Below are positions 24,298 to 32,000 of a stretch of DNA of 32,000 bases, piece by piece. This DNA is from Rhodobacter capsulatus SB 1003. Lineage in GTDB: Bacteria; Pseudomonadota; Alphaproteobacteria; Rhodobacterales; Rhodobacteraceae. Numbering within the stretch: the first letter of the stretch is position 1; the number at the start of each line of letters is the position of its first letter. A model generated the notes under the pieces. The model was not told where the DNA came from, did no database searches, and was given only the letters and a program-made list of their open reading frames with translations. The stretch covers positions 1,200,001 through 1,232,000 of the forward strand of contig NC_014034.1 of NCBI RefSeq assembly GCF_000021865.1, in the 5' to 3' direction. The translations under genes and the position numbers were made by a program.

Positions 24298-25016
24298 TAG
24301 GCCTTCAGCGCCGCAAGCGCCGCTTGCAGATCAAGCGCGCCGTCATAGATTGCCCGGCCCGAGATTGCGCCTGCGATCACGCCGGTGTCGCGCAGCGCGA
24401 TCAGATCGGGCAGCGAGGAGACGCCGCCGCTGGCGATCACCGGGATCGTGACGGCGCGGCCAAGGGCCTCGGTCGCCTCGATGTTCGGGCCGGTCATCGC
24501 GCCGTCGCGCAGGATGTCGGTGTAGATGATCGCCGCCACGCCCGCATCTTCGAAGCTTTGCGCCAGATCCGTCACCAGCACGTCGGTTTCCGTGGCCCAG
24601 CCCTTGGTCGCCACCTTGCCGTTCCTCGCATCGATGCCGACCGCCACTTGCCCCGGGAAGGCCTTCGCCGCTTCGCGTACGAGATCGGGGTTTTCCACCG
24701 CCACCGTGCCGAGGATGACGCGGGCCAGGCCCTTCGAGAGCCAGCGCTCGATCGTCGCCATGTCGCGGATGCCGCCACCAAGCTGCGCCGGAACGGTGAT
24801 GCGGGCCAGGATCGCCTCGACCGCGGCGCCGTTCACCGGCTCGCCCGCAAAGGCGCCGTTGAGATCGACCAGATGCACCCAGGCGCAGCCCGCCGCCTCG
24901 AACTTCGCCGCCTGCGCCGCCGGATCGGTGCCGAAGACCGTGGCCTTGTCCATTTCGCCGTGCAAAAGCCGCACGCAGTTGCCGTCCTTGAGGTCGATTG
25001 CGGGATAGAGGATCAT
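24297..25016 (-). CDS. hisA: 1-(5-phosphoribosyl)-5-[(5-phosphoribosylamino)methylideneamino]imidazole-4-carboxamide isomerase
   Basis: 239 aa from [17 protein letters not shown], with later [12 protein letters not shown] 25016. Confidence 0.93.
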   Translation of the reverse strand: MILYPAIDLKDGNCVRLLHGEMDKATVFGTDPAAQAAKFEAAGCAWVHLVDLNGAFAGEPVNGAAVEAILARITVPAQLGGGIRDMATIERWLSKGLARVILGTVAVENPDLVREAAKAFPGQVAVGIDARNGKVATKGWATETDVLVTDLAQSFEDAGVAAIIYTDILRDGAMTGPNIEATEALGRAVTIPVIASGGVSSLPDLIALRDTGVIAGAISGRAIYDGALDLQAALAALKA

Positions 25017-25153
25017 GGGCTGGCTCCTTGTCGCTTGCCGCCTCTTGCCATGGGGGAGGGCGCTTGCCAAGCCCGGGTCAACGTCACGTCAGGCTTGCCG
25101 GGAATCGGGCGCTGTGTCGCAATGACGCGCAGGGAAACCGGGAGGAGAGACCG

Positions 25154-25537
25154 ATGAAGACGACCCTGATGGCGGCGGGCCTGTGCCTTGTGGCGGGGAT
25201 GGCCGCGGCCGACCCGATCGAGGGGCTGTGGCAGACCCAGCCCGACGACGGCGCCTATGCGCATGTGAAGATCGCCCCCTGCGGTCCGGCCTTTTGCGGC
25301 ACGATCGTGAAATCCTTCAAGGAGACGGGGCCTTACGACTCGCCCAATGTCGGCCGGCAGATCGTCATCGACATGGTGCCGAAGGGGCCGGGCGCCTATG
25401 AGGGCAAGGTCTGGCGGCCCTCGAATGACAAGATCTACATCGGCAAGATCGCGCTTTCGGGCAAGTCGATGAAGCTGTCGGGCTGCGTCGCGGGCGGGCT
25501 GATCTGCAAGGCGCAGGCCTGGACCAAGGTGGACTGA
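25154..25537 (+). CDS. DUF2147-family secreted protein
   Basis: 127 aa. Signal peptide MKTTLMAAGLCLVAGMAAA, then DPIEGLWQTQPDDG...CGPAFCGTIV...GKVWRPSNDKIYIGKIAL...LSGCV...C. GGAGGAGAG RBS. Confidence 0.75.
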   Translation: MKTTLMAAGLCLVAGMAAADPIEGLWQTQPDDGAYAHVKIAPCGPAFCGTIVKSFKETGPYDSPNVGRQIVIDMVPKGPGAYEGKVWRPSNDKIYIGKIALSGKSMKLSGCVAGGLICKAQAWTKVD

Positions 25538-25550
25538 CCCCGCAAGATGA

Positions 25551-25580
25551 AGCGGCGCCCCGTGGGGCGCCGTTCGCTTT
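25551..25580. terminator. Hairpin terminator between convergent DUF2147 and usp genes
   Basis: CGGCGCC...GGCGCCG stem (25553-25572) followed by TTCGCTTT. Preceded by GCAAGATGAA (25541-25550), which equals the last 10 nt of the 26-mer repeat. Confidence 0.5.
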
Positions 25581-25603
25581 CGTGAGTGGCAGTCGTCGTT
25601 CGT

Positions 25604-26443
25604 TCAATGCGCCATCAGCACCGGCACTTCGGCCATCTCGAGCATGTTGCGGGTGGCGCCGCCCAGGATCGCCTCGCGGAAGCGCGAGTGACCATAGGCG
25701 CCCATCACCACCATCTCGGCCGAGGTGTCGCGCACATGGCGGTTGATCACATCCGAGATCCGCGGCAGCGTCTTGGCCAGAACCGACACTTCGACCTTCA
25801 CGCCATGCCGCGCCAACCATTGGCTCAGCTGTCCGCCCGGGTCGGACCGTTCCGGTCCATGCGCGGGCGGGTCGATCACCGTGATGTCCACCAGCGTCGC
25901 CGCCTTGAGCAGCGGCAGCGCCTTGCGGATCGCGTTCATCGCCTCGTTCGACTGGTTCCACGCCACCACGACGCGGCGCGGCGCAAGCGACGCCACCGGC
26001 GCATCGGGCATGATCATCACCGGCGACTGCCCCTCGAAGAGCGCGGCCTCGACCGCGGCTTCCAGTTCCTGACCGCGGCCCTTGCCATAGGGATGCCCCA
26101 TCACGACCAGGTCGGCAAAGCGGGCGCGCAGCCCGACGACGGTCGCGATCGCGCCGATCTGCGCCACCACGGCCTCGCTGCTCCAGCGGATTTCCTCGCC
26201 CGCCAGACGCTCGCGCATCGCCCGTTCCAGATCGCGCGCCTCGTCCTGTGCGCGGTCCAGAACTTCCTGCTGCACGAAGGCCGTTGCCCCGGCGTAGTAA
26301 TAGCCCGTCTGCGTCCGGTCGACACCCATGCAGAGCACTTCAAGATGGGCGTCCTCGGCACGAGCCACGGCCACGGCCGACTCAAGCTGCATCCGGGCCT
26401 GTGAGACATCCGTCACAATCGTCAAAACTGTTTTGTAGGCCAT
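25604..26443 (-). CDS. Tandem universal stress protein (UspA-family)
   Basis: 279 aa with two Usp-like halves; the C-terminal half ends VVMGAYGHSRFREAILGGATRNMLEMAEVPVLMAH. Divergent from ccoN. GGAGGGG RBS. Confidence 0.85.
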   Translation of the reverse strand: MAYKTVLTIVTDVSQARMQLESAVAVARAEDAHLEVLCMGVDRTQTGYYYAGATAFVQQEVLDRAQDEARDLERAMRERLAGEEIRWSSEAVVAQIGAIATVVGLRARFADLVVMGHPYGKGRGQELEAAVEAALFEGQSPVMIMPDAPVASLAPRRVVVAWNQSNEAMNAIRKALPLLKAATLVDITVIDPPAHGPERSDPGGQLSQWLARHGVKVEVSVLAKTLPRISDVINRHVRDTSAEMVVMGAYGHSRFREAILGGATRNMLEMAEVPVLMAH

Positions 26444-26501
26444 GAGACCCCTCCATGTGCCGATTCTGTCCTTAAATTAACGGGTTCCGTCCGGTTACGC
26501 C

Positions 26502-26515
26502 TTGACGCGGATCAA
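26502..26515. promoter_or_regulatory. FNR/FnrL-type box TTGAC-GCGG-ATCAA
   Basis: 9 of 10 match to TTGAT-N4-ATCAA. Its centre is about 65 bp upstream of the usp start codon, so a class II promoter for usp would fit. Confidence 0.55.
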
Positions 26516-26542
26516 GCTTTCAAGTGGACACCGTGACACGGT

Positions 26543-26557
26543 GCGACGAACGGTCGC
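26543..26557. promoter_or_regulatory. RegA/PrrA-type inverted repeat GCGAC-GAACG-GTCGC
   Basis: Matches my recollection of the proposed GCGNC-N5-GNCGC pattern. It lies between the two FNR-type boxes. Confidence 0.35.
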
Positions 26558-26574
26558 ATCCTCTTGTCAAGAGT

Positions 26575-26588
26575 TTGATCAAGGTCAA
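26575..26588. promoter_or_regulatory. FNR/FnrL-type box TTGAT-CAAG-GTCAA
   Basis: 9 of 10 match to TTGAT-N4-ATCAA. Its centre is about 111 bp upstream of the ccoN ATG. Confidence 0.55.
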
Positions 26589-26692
26589 AGCGGGTGTCAT
26601 ACCCTGAAGTCACAAAGAACAAGAGAGAGAGACTTCCTGCTCCGGCCGAATCGTCGGGACGGGATTTAAAAACGCGAAGGGACGCAAAAAAC

Positions 26693-28291
26693 ATGTGGGA
26701 TTACGTCAAGCTTGTCGCGCTTGGCGTCGTGGTGGCTATTGCCGCTTACGCCGCCAGTCAGGCGCGAGATTTGCCGTATATGGTGAACATGGTCGAGGTC
26801 GCGCTGGCGGCCGTGATCGCGTTCATCTGGGTGCTGCGCACCATGGGGGACGCCAAACCCTCGAAAGACGAGTATTTCGACGGCGTGATCCGCGCCGGCG
26901 TGATCGCAACCACCTTCTGGGGGATCGTCGGCTTTCTCGTGGCCGTCATCATCGCCTTCCAGCTTGCCTTCCCCGCGCTGAACCTTGAATTCGGCAACGG
27001 GATGCTGAACTTCGGGCGCCTGCGTCCGCTGCACACCTCGGCGGTGATCTTCGCCTTTGGCGGCAACGCCCTGATCGCCTCGGCCTTCTATGTCGTGCAG
27101 CGCACCTCGGCGGCGCGTCTCTTCGGGGGCACGGCGCTTGGCTGGTTCGTGTTCTGGGGCTGGCAGCTGATCATCGTCACCGCCGCGACCTCCTATCTGC
27201 TGGGCGGCTCGCAGGGCAAGGAATATGCCGAGCTGAACTGGCATCTCGACATCCTCGTCGCGATCGTCTGGGTGGCCTATCTGATCGCCTTCCTCGGCAC
27301 GATCTTCAAGCGCAAGGAACCCCACATCTACGTGGCGAACTGGTTCTACCTGTCCTTCATCGTGACGATCGCCATGTTGCACATCGTCAACAACCTGGCC
27401 GTTCCGGTCTCGATCTTCGGCACCAAATCGGTGCAGCTGATGGCGGGCGTGCAGGATGCGATGACGCAATGGTGGTACGGCCACAACGCCGTGGGCTTCT
27501 TCCTCACCGCGGGCTTTCTGGGCATGATGTATTACTTCGTGCCGAAACAGGCCGAGCGTCCCGTCTATTCCTACAAGCTCTCGATCGTCCACTTCTGGGC
27601 GCTGATCTTCCTCTACATCTGGGCCGGTCCGCACCACCTGCATTATACCGCGCTGCCCGACTGGGCCTCGACGCTGGGCATGGTGATGTCGGTGATCCTG
27701 TGGATGCCGTCCTGGGGCGGCATGATCAACGGCCTGATGACGCTTTCGGGCGCCTGGGACAAGCTGCGCACCGATCCGGTGATCCGGATGATGGTGGTTT
27801 CGATCGGCTTTTACGGCATGTCGACCTTTGAAGGCCCGATGATGTCGATCAAGGCGGTCAACTCGCTCTCGCACTACACGGACTGGACCATCGGTCACGT
27901 GCATTCGGGCGCGCTGGGCTGGAACGGCATGATCACCTTCGGCATGCTCTACTTCCTGACGCCGCGCCTGTGGGGCCGTTCGGGGCTTTACTCGCTGAAA
28001 CTGGTCAGCTGGCACTTCTGGCTCGCCACCATCGGGATCGTGCTTTACGCCTCCTCGATGTGGGTGTCGGGCATCATGGAAGGCCTGATGTGGCGTGAAG
28101 TCGATGCGCAGGGCTTCCTGGTGAACGGTTTCGCCGACACCGTGGGCGCCAAGTTCCCGATGAACGTCGTGCGTGGCGTCGGGGGTGTGCTGTATCTGAC
28201 CGGCGGTCTGATCATGGCCTACAACCTTTGGGCCACGGTCGCGAAACAACCGAAGACGGCCAATCTCGCCGTTGCGGTTCCGGCGGAATAA
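26693..28291 (+). CDS. ccoN: cbb3-type cytochrome c oxidase subunit I
   Basis: 532 aa from [13 protein letters not shown]. Polytopic heme-copper oxidase with His-ligand regions [15 protein letters not shown] and [11 protein letters not shown]. The track's GTG at 26594 adds a hydrophilic extension and is not preferred. Confidence 0.95.
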   Translation: MWDYVKLVALGVVVAIAAYAASQARDLPYMVNMVEVALAAVIAFIWVLRTMGDAKPSKDEYFDGVIRAGVIATTFWGIVGFLVAVIIAFQLAFPALNLEFGNGMLNFGRLRPLHTSAVIFAFGGNALIASAFYVVQRTSAARLFGGTALGWFVFWGWQLIIVTAATSYLLGGSQGKEYAELNWHLDILVAIVWVAYLIAFLGTIFKRKEPHIYVANWFYLSFIVTIAMLHIVNNLAVPVSIFGTKSVQLMAGVQDAMTQWWYGHNAVGFFLTAGFLGMMYYFVPKQAERPVYSYKLSIVHFWALIFLYIWAGPHHLHYTALPDWASTLGMVMSVILWMPSWGGMINGLMTLSGAWDKLRTDPVIRMMVVSIGFYGMSTFEGPMMSIKAVNSLSHYTDWTIGHVHSGALGWNGMITFGMLYFLTPRLWGRSGLYSLKLVSWHFWLATIGIVLYASSMWVSGIMEGLMWREVDAQGFLVNGFADTVGAKFPMNVVRGVGGVLYLTGGLIMAYNLWATVAKQPKTANLAVAVPAE

Positions 28292-28303
28292 GGAGCGACG
28301 CAG

Positions 28304-29032
28304 ATGTCAATCATGGACAAACACCACGTTCTGGAAAAGAACGCGACGCTGCTTTTGATCTTCGCCTTCCTCGTCGTCACCATCGGCGGCATCGTGGAAA
28401 TCGCGCCGCTGTTCTATCTGGAAAACACCATCGAGAAGGTCGAGGGGATGCGTCCCTACACCCCCCTCGAGCTGACCGGGCGGGACATCTACATCCGCGA
28501 GGGCTGCTATGTCTGCCATTCGCAGATGATCCGGCCGATGCGCGACGAGGTGGAACGCTATGGCCATTACAGCCTGGCGGCGGAATCGATGTATGACCAC
28601 CCGTTCCAGTGGGGCTCGAAGCGGACGGGGCCCGACCTTGCCCGCGTCGGCGGCCGCTACTCGGATGCCTGGCATGTCGAACACCTGTCGAACCCGCAAT
28701 CGGTGGTGCCGGAATCGGTGATGCCCAGCTACAGCTATCTGGCCAATGTGCCGCTCGACAGCACCTGGATCGAGGACCGTGTCAGCACGGACGCCCTTGT
28801 GGGCGTGCCCTACAGCGCCGAGATGATCGCCGCCGCCAAGGCCGACTTCGTGGCCCAGGCGGATCCGAACGCCGACAGCGCCACGCTGGTGGCGAATTAC
28901 GGTGAAAAGGTCAACATCCGCAACTTCGATGGCAAACCCGGCCTGACGGAGATGGATGCGCTGGTGGCCTATCTGCAGGTGCTCGGCACGATGGTCGATT
29001 TCTCGACCTTCCAACCCGTGGCAAGTCGCTGA
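28304..29032 (+). CDS. ccoO: cbb3-type cytochrome c oxidase subunit II (monoheme)
   Basis: 242 aa. N-terminal TM segment, heme site CYVCHS. AAGGAG RBS. Confidence 0.95.
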   Translation: MSIMDKHHVLEKNATLLLIFAFLVVTIGGIVEIAPLFYLENTIEKVEGMRPYTPLELTGRDIYIREGCYVCHSQMIRPMRDEVERYGHYSLAAESMYDHPFQWGSKRTGPDLARVGGRYSDAWHVEHLSNPQSVVPESVMPSYSYLANVPLDSTWIEDRVSTDALVGVPYSAEMIAAAKADFVAQADPNADSATLVANYGEKVNIRNFDGKPGLTEMDALVAYLQVLGTMVDFSTFQPVASR

Positions 29033-29043
29033 AGGAGCTGGGG

Positions 29044-29220
29044 ATGGACTATCATATCCTGCGTGAATTCGCCGACAGCTGGGCGGCGCTTGCGCTTTTG
29101 CTCACCTTCATCGGTGCCGTTATCTGGGCCTTCCGGCCCGGATCGTCCAGGGTTCACGACGATATCGCGAACATCCCTTTCCGCCATGAAGACAAACCCG
29201 CCGATCGTGGCCAGGGCTGA
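29044..29220 (+). CDS. ccoQ: cbb3-type cytochrome c oxidase small subunit
   Basis: 58 codons, below the ORF-track cutoff: MDYHILREFADSWAALALLLTFIGAVIWAFRPGSSRVHDDIANIPFRHEDKPADRGQG. Single TM segment, in the canonical position between ccoO and ccoP. Confidence 0.85.
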   Translation: MDYHILREFADSWAALALLLTFIGAVIWAFRPGSSRVHDDIANIPFRHEDKPADRGQG

Positions 29221-29265
29221 GACCCCGGACACGACGACGGCGCCACGCGGTAAGGAGGCGTGGAG

Positions 29266-30159
29266 ATGAGCAAAAAACCGACGACCAAAAAAGAGGTGCA
29301 GACCACGGGACATTCGTGGGATGGCATCGAGGAACTGAACACGCCGCTGCCGCGCTGGTGGCTGTGGACCTTCTACGCCACCATCGTCTGGGGTGTGGCC
29401 TATTCGATCGCGATGCCGGCCTGGCCGATCTTCGCCTCGGGGGCGACGCCGGGCATTCTCGGGTCTTCGACCCGGGCCGATGTCGAAAAGGACATCGCCA
29501 AATTCGCCGAGATGAACAAGGCGGTGGAAGACAAGCTGGTGGCGACGGATCTGACCGCGATCGCGGCCGATCCGGAACTGGTGACCTACACCCGCAACGC
29601 GGGCGCCGCGGTGTTCCGCACCTGGTGCGCGCAGTGCCACGGCGCGGGGGCGGGCGGCAACACCGGCTTCCCCAGCCTGCTGGACGGCGACTGGCTGCAT
29701 GGCGGCTCGATCGAGACGATCTACACCAACATCAAGCACGGCATCCGCGATCCGCTCGATCCGGACACGCTGCCGGTCGCGAACATGCCCGCGCATCTGA
29801 CCGACGAGCTGCTTGAACCGGCGCAGATCGACGACGTCGTGCAATATGTCCTGAAGATCTCGGGGCAGCCGGCCGATGAAGCCCGGGCGACCGCGGGTCA
29901 GCAGGTGTTTGCCGACAATTGCGTGTCCTGCCATGGCGAAGACGCCAAGGGCATGGTGGAGATGGGCGCGCCCAACCTCACCGACGGGATCTGGCTTTAT
30001 GGCGGCGATGCGAATACGATCACCACCACGATACAGCTGGGCCGCGGCGGCGTGATGCCGTCCTGGAGCTGGGCGGCCGATGGCGCGAAACCGCGTCTGA
30101 GCGAAGCGCAGATCCGGGCCGTGGCCTCTTATGTCCACAGCCTGGGCGGTGGCCAGTAA
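29266..30159 (+). CDS. ccoP: cbb3-type cytochrome c oxidase subunit III (diheme)
   Basis: 297 aa from ATG 29266, 7 nt after AGGAGG. TM segment [17 protein letters not shown]. Two heme sites, CAQCHG and CVSCHG. Confidence 0.95.
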   Translation: MSKKPTTKKEVQTTGHSWDGIEELNTPLPRWWLWTFYATIVWGVAYSIAMPAWPIFASGATPGILGSSTRADVEKDIAKFAEMNKAVEDKLVATDLTAIAADPELVTYTRNAGAAVFRTWCAQCHGAGAGGNTGFPSLLDGDWLHGGSIETIYTNIKHGIRDPLDPDTLPVANMPAHLTDELLEPAQIDDVVQYVLKISGQPADEARATAGQQVFADNCVSCHGEDAKGMVEMGAPNLTDGIWLYGGDANTITTTIQLGRGGVMPSWSWAADGAKPRLSEAQIRAVASYVHSLGGGQ

Positions 30160-30173
30160 CAGCCAAACGGATC

Positions 30174-30250
30174 CCCGGGGGGTTGCCTGACCCCCCGGGA
30201 AGCACCGACGCCCCGTCCTGTTCGCGCGTTTCCTGGGGCGTCGGTGCGTT
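30174..30250 (+). terminator. Two consecutive GC hairpins after ccoP
   Basis: CCCGGGGGG (30174-30182) pairs with CCCCCCGGG (30191-30199). GCACCGACGCCCC (30202-30214) pairs with GGGGCGTCGGTGC (30235-30247), followed by GTTT. Confidence 0.55.
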
Positions 30251-30439
30251 TCAACATATCTGCGTCCCGGCCCGCCCGATCAAGAGGGCGGGGGGCCGCA
30301 TGTTCTGGCCGAAATGCCCCGATCCGGGGAAAGCACGTCCAAAAAGCTGCATCGGCAATATAGCTTTAAGGTGCAGTTGCAAACCCGGCCCGTTCCTGTT
30401 CAATCCCATCAGGACGGAGCCCAGCCAACGGAGACACCC

Positions 30440-31900
30440 GTGAGCGCCAATCAACCAAGTCCCGACGACGCGCCGCTTTATTTCGCGCGTGAACCGATTT
30501 TCCCCCGACGCATTTCCGGCAAGTTCCGTTCGCTCAAATGGGTGCTGATGGCGCTGATGCTGGGCATTTATTACATCCTGCCCTGGATCCGCTGGGACCG
30601 CGGCGCGGCGCTGCCCGATCAGGCGGTTCTGCTCGATCTGGCCAACCGGCGCTTCTTCTTCTTCGGGCTCGAGATCTGGCCGCATGAATTCTATTTCGTC
30701 GCGGGCCTTCTGATCATGGCCGGGCTTGGCCTTTTTCTGTTCACCTCGGCGCTGGGCCGGGTCTGGTGCGGCTATGCCTGCCCGCAGACGGTCTGGACCG
30801 ATCTTTACATCCTTGTGGAACGCTGGGTCGAGGGTGACCGCAACAACCGCATCCGCCTGCACCGTCAGGCCTGGAATGCCGAGAAGATCCGCAAGCGGCT
30901 GATCAAATGGGGGCTTTGGCTGTTCATCGGTCTGGCCACCGGGGGGGCATGGGTGTTCTATTTCACCGATGCGCCGACGCTGCTTTCCGATCTTCTCACC
31001 GGCGACGCCTCGCCGATCGCTTACACCACCATCGCCATCGCCACCGCGACGACCTTTGCCTTTGGCGGTTTCGCCCGCGAACAGATGTGCATCTATGCCT
31101 GCCCCTGGCCGCGCATCCAGGCCGCGATGATGGACGAGGACACGATCACGATTGCCTATCGCGAATGGCGCGGCGAACCCCGCGGCAAGCTGCAAAAGAA
31201 CGAGAAACTGGCCGAGGGGCAGGGCGATTGCATCGATTGCATGGCCTGCGTCAACGTCTGCCCGATGGGGATCGACATCCGCAACGGCCAGCAGCTCGAA
31301 TGCATCACCTGCGGGCTGTGCATCGACGCCTGCAACGAGATGATGGACAAGATCGGCAAGCCGCGCGGTCTGGTGGGCTACATGGCGCTGAAGGACGAAA
31401 CGAACGAACGCGCCGGCAACAAGGTCACGAACATCTGGAAACACGTGCTGCGTCCGCGCACGCTGCTGTATTTCACGCTCTGGTCGGGCTTCGGCATCGC
31501 GCTGGTGGTGGGGCTGTTCCTGCGCTCGCCGCTGGACTTCAACGTCACGCCCAGCCGTGATCCGCTGTTCGTGACGCAATCGGACGGCACGATCCGCAAC
31601 ATCTACACGCTGCGCATCCGCAACAAGCACGGGTCGGAAGAAACCTTCCGGATCTCGGCGACGACGGCGGATTACGAGGAAACCCAGGCGCTGAAACTGA
31701 CGCTGGAAGGGGTCGAGGGCGACACCGTCACCGTGCCCGCCGACCAGCTTTACAACCAGCGCCTTTATCTCGATGCTGGACCCGCGTCGGATCTTGCCGG
31801 GGCGAAGCGCACCGAGATCATGATCTGGGTCGAACAGGTCGGCGAGGACGAGCCGGTGTCGGATTCCGCCGATACCGTCTTCAACGGCAAGGGCAAGTGA
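30440..31900 (+). CDS. ccoG: cbb3 oxidase accessory protein CcoG/FixG (membrane polyferredoxin)
   Basis: RISGKFRSLKWV...YYILPWIRWDRG...CGYACPQTVWTDL. Ferredoxin clusters CIDCMACVNVCP and CITCGLCIDACN. GTG 30440 with GGAG 6 nt upstream is chosen; ATG 30314 is the alternative. Confidence 0.88.
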   Translation: MSANQPSPDDAPLYFAREPIFPRRISGKFRSLKWVLMALMLGIYYILPWIRWDRGAALPDQAVLLDLANRRFFFFGLEIWPHEFYFVAGLLIMAGLGLFLFTSALGRVWCGYACPQTVWTDLYILVERWVEGDRNNRIRLHRQAWNAEKIRKRLIKWGLWLFIGLATGGAWVFYFTDAPTLLSDLLTGDASPIAYTTIAIATATTFAFGGFAREQMCIYACPWPRIQAAMMDEDTITIAYREWRGEPRGKLQKNEKLAEGQGDCIDCMACVNVCPMGIDIRNGQQLECITCGLCIDACNEMMDKIGKPRGLVGYMALKDETNERAGNKVTNIWKHVLRPRTLLYFTLWSGFGIALVVGLFLRSPLDFNVTPSRDPLFVTQSDGTIRNIYTLRIRNKHGSEETFRISATTADYEETQALKLTLEGVEGDTVTVPADQLYNQRLYLDAGPASDLAGAKRTEIMIWVEQVGEDEPVSDSADTVFNGKGK

Positions 31901-31901
31901 A

Positions 31902-32000
31902 ATGGCGAAACCGCTGACCGGCCGCAAGGTCCTGCTGATGTTCGTGGCCTTCTTCGGGCTGATCATCGCCGTCAACGTGACGATGGCGGTGCAGGCGGTG
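31902..32000 (+). CDS. ccoH: CcoH/FixH-family cbb3 oxidase assembly protein (5' partial, runs off window)
   Basis: ATG 31902, 1 nt after the ccoG stop. MAKPLTGRKVLLMFVAFFGLIIAVNVTMAVQAV is a FixH-like N-terminal TM segment. Confidence 0.75.
   Translation, partial: MAKPLTGRKVLLMFVAFFGLIIAVNVTMAVQAV

Noticed and set aside
26472-26481. TTAAATTAAC resembling CtrA half-sites
   Set aside because: The spacing between TTAA motifs is 1 nt, not the 7 nt of the TTAA-N7-TTAAC CtrA box.
26484-26498. Alphaproteobacterial SOS-box-like GTTC-N7-TTAC in the usp/ccoN spacer
   Set aside because: The second half-site is imperfect (TTAC rather than GTTC) and no DNA-damage gene is adjacent. It is most likely chance.
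1-32000. Search for mobile elements, CRISPR arrays, tRNA/rRNA genes and toxin-antitoxin or defence islands
   Set aside because: No transposase, integrase or recombinase-like ORF was seen. No spaced direct-repeat array, no tRNA-like cloverleaf region in the spacers, and no low-GC island. Apart from the short repeats reported above, the window reads as core chromosome.

Overview
High-GC alphaproteobacterial chromosomal segment. A tandem-USP gene sits divergent from ccoNOQP, which is followed by ccoG and ccoH. This layout suggests a Rhodobacter capsulatus-like organism, but that is inference from memory, not a search result.

The window is almost entirely housekeeping. In order:
- trpF-trpB
- a frameshifted PepSY-like gene plus a membrane LuxR-type regulator
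- znuA-galM-gbsR-like genes on the minus strand, divergent from zur-znuC-znuB with Zur boxes between them
- an orphan PfkB kinase
- a small ORF plus a FIST-like protein
- a minimal metallopeptidase divergent from gltX
- a tandem glycine riboswitch followed by gcvT-gcvH-gcvP
- a minus-strand block: ybjN-proC-csaA-2-hydroxyacid dehydrogenase and a KAS III gene
- aroC convergent with a DUF1330 gene
- hisA-hisF-hisE on the minus strand
- a DUF2147 gene
- usp divergent from ccoNOQP, with two FNR-type boxes and a RegA-type site in the spacer
- ccoG and the start of ccoH

I found no tRNA, rRNA, CRISPR array, transposase, integrase, phage gene or recognisable defence gene. I cannot point to a clear novel multi-gene system.

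The least explained signals are:
1. A short palindromic intergenic repeat family. An identical 26-mer occurs three times, including a perfect 26-bp inverted repeat inside the his operon.
2. An orphan small-ORF plus FIST-like gene pair behind a perfect TGTGA-N6-TCACA palindrome.
3. A PepSY-like/Gly-Pro-rich gene broken at a C6 run, followed 6 nt later by the start of a membrane-anchored LuxR-type regulator.
4. A 32-bp near-duplication that places the stop codons of two convergent genes at the centres of related palindromes.
5. Codon-like periodicity in the supposedly non-coding stretch after gcvP.

The many very long ORFs opposite real genes are codon-aligned antisense artefacts of the GC3-rich genome.
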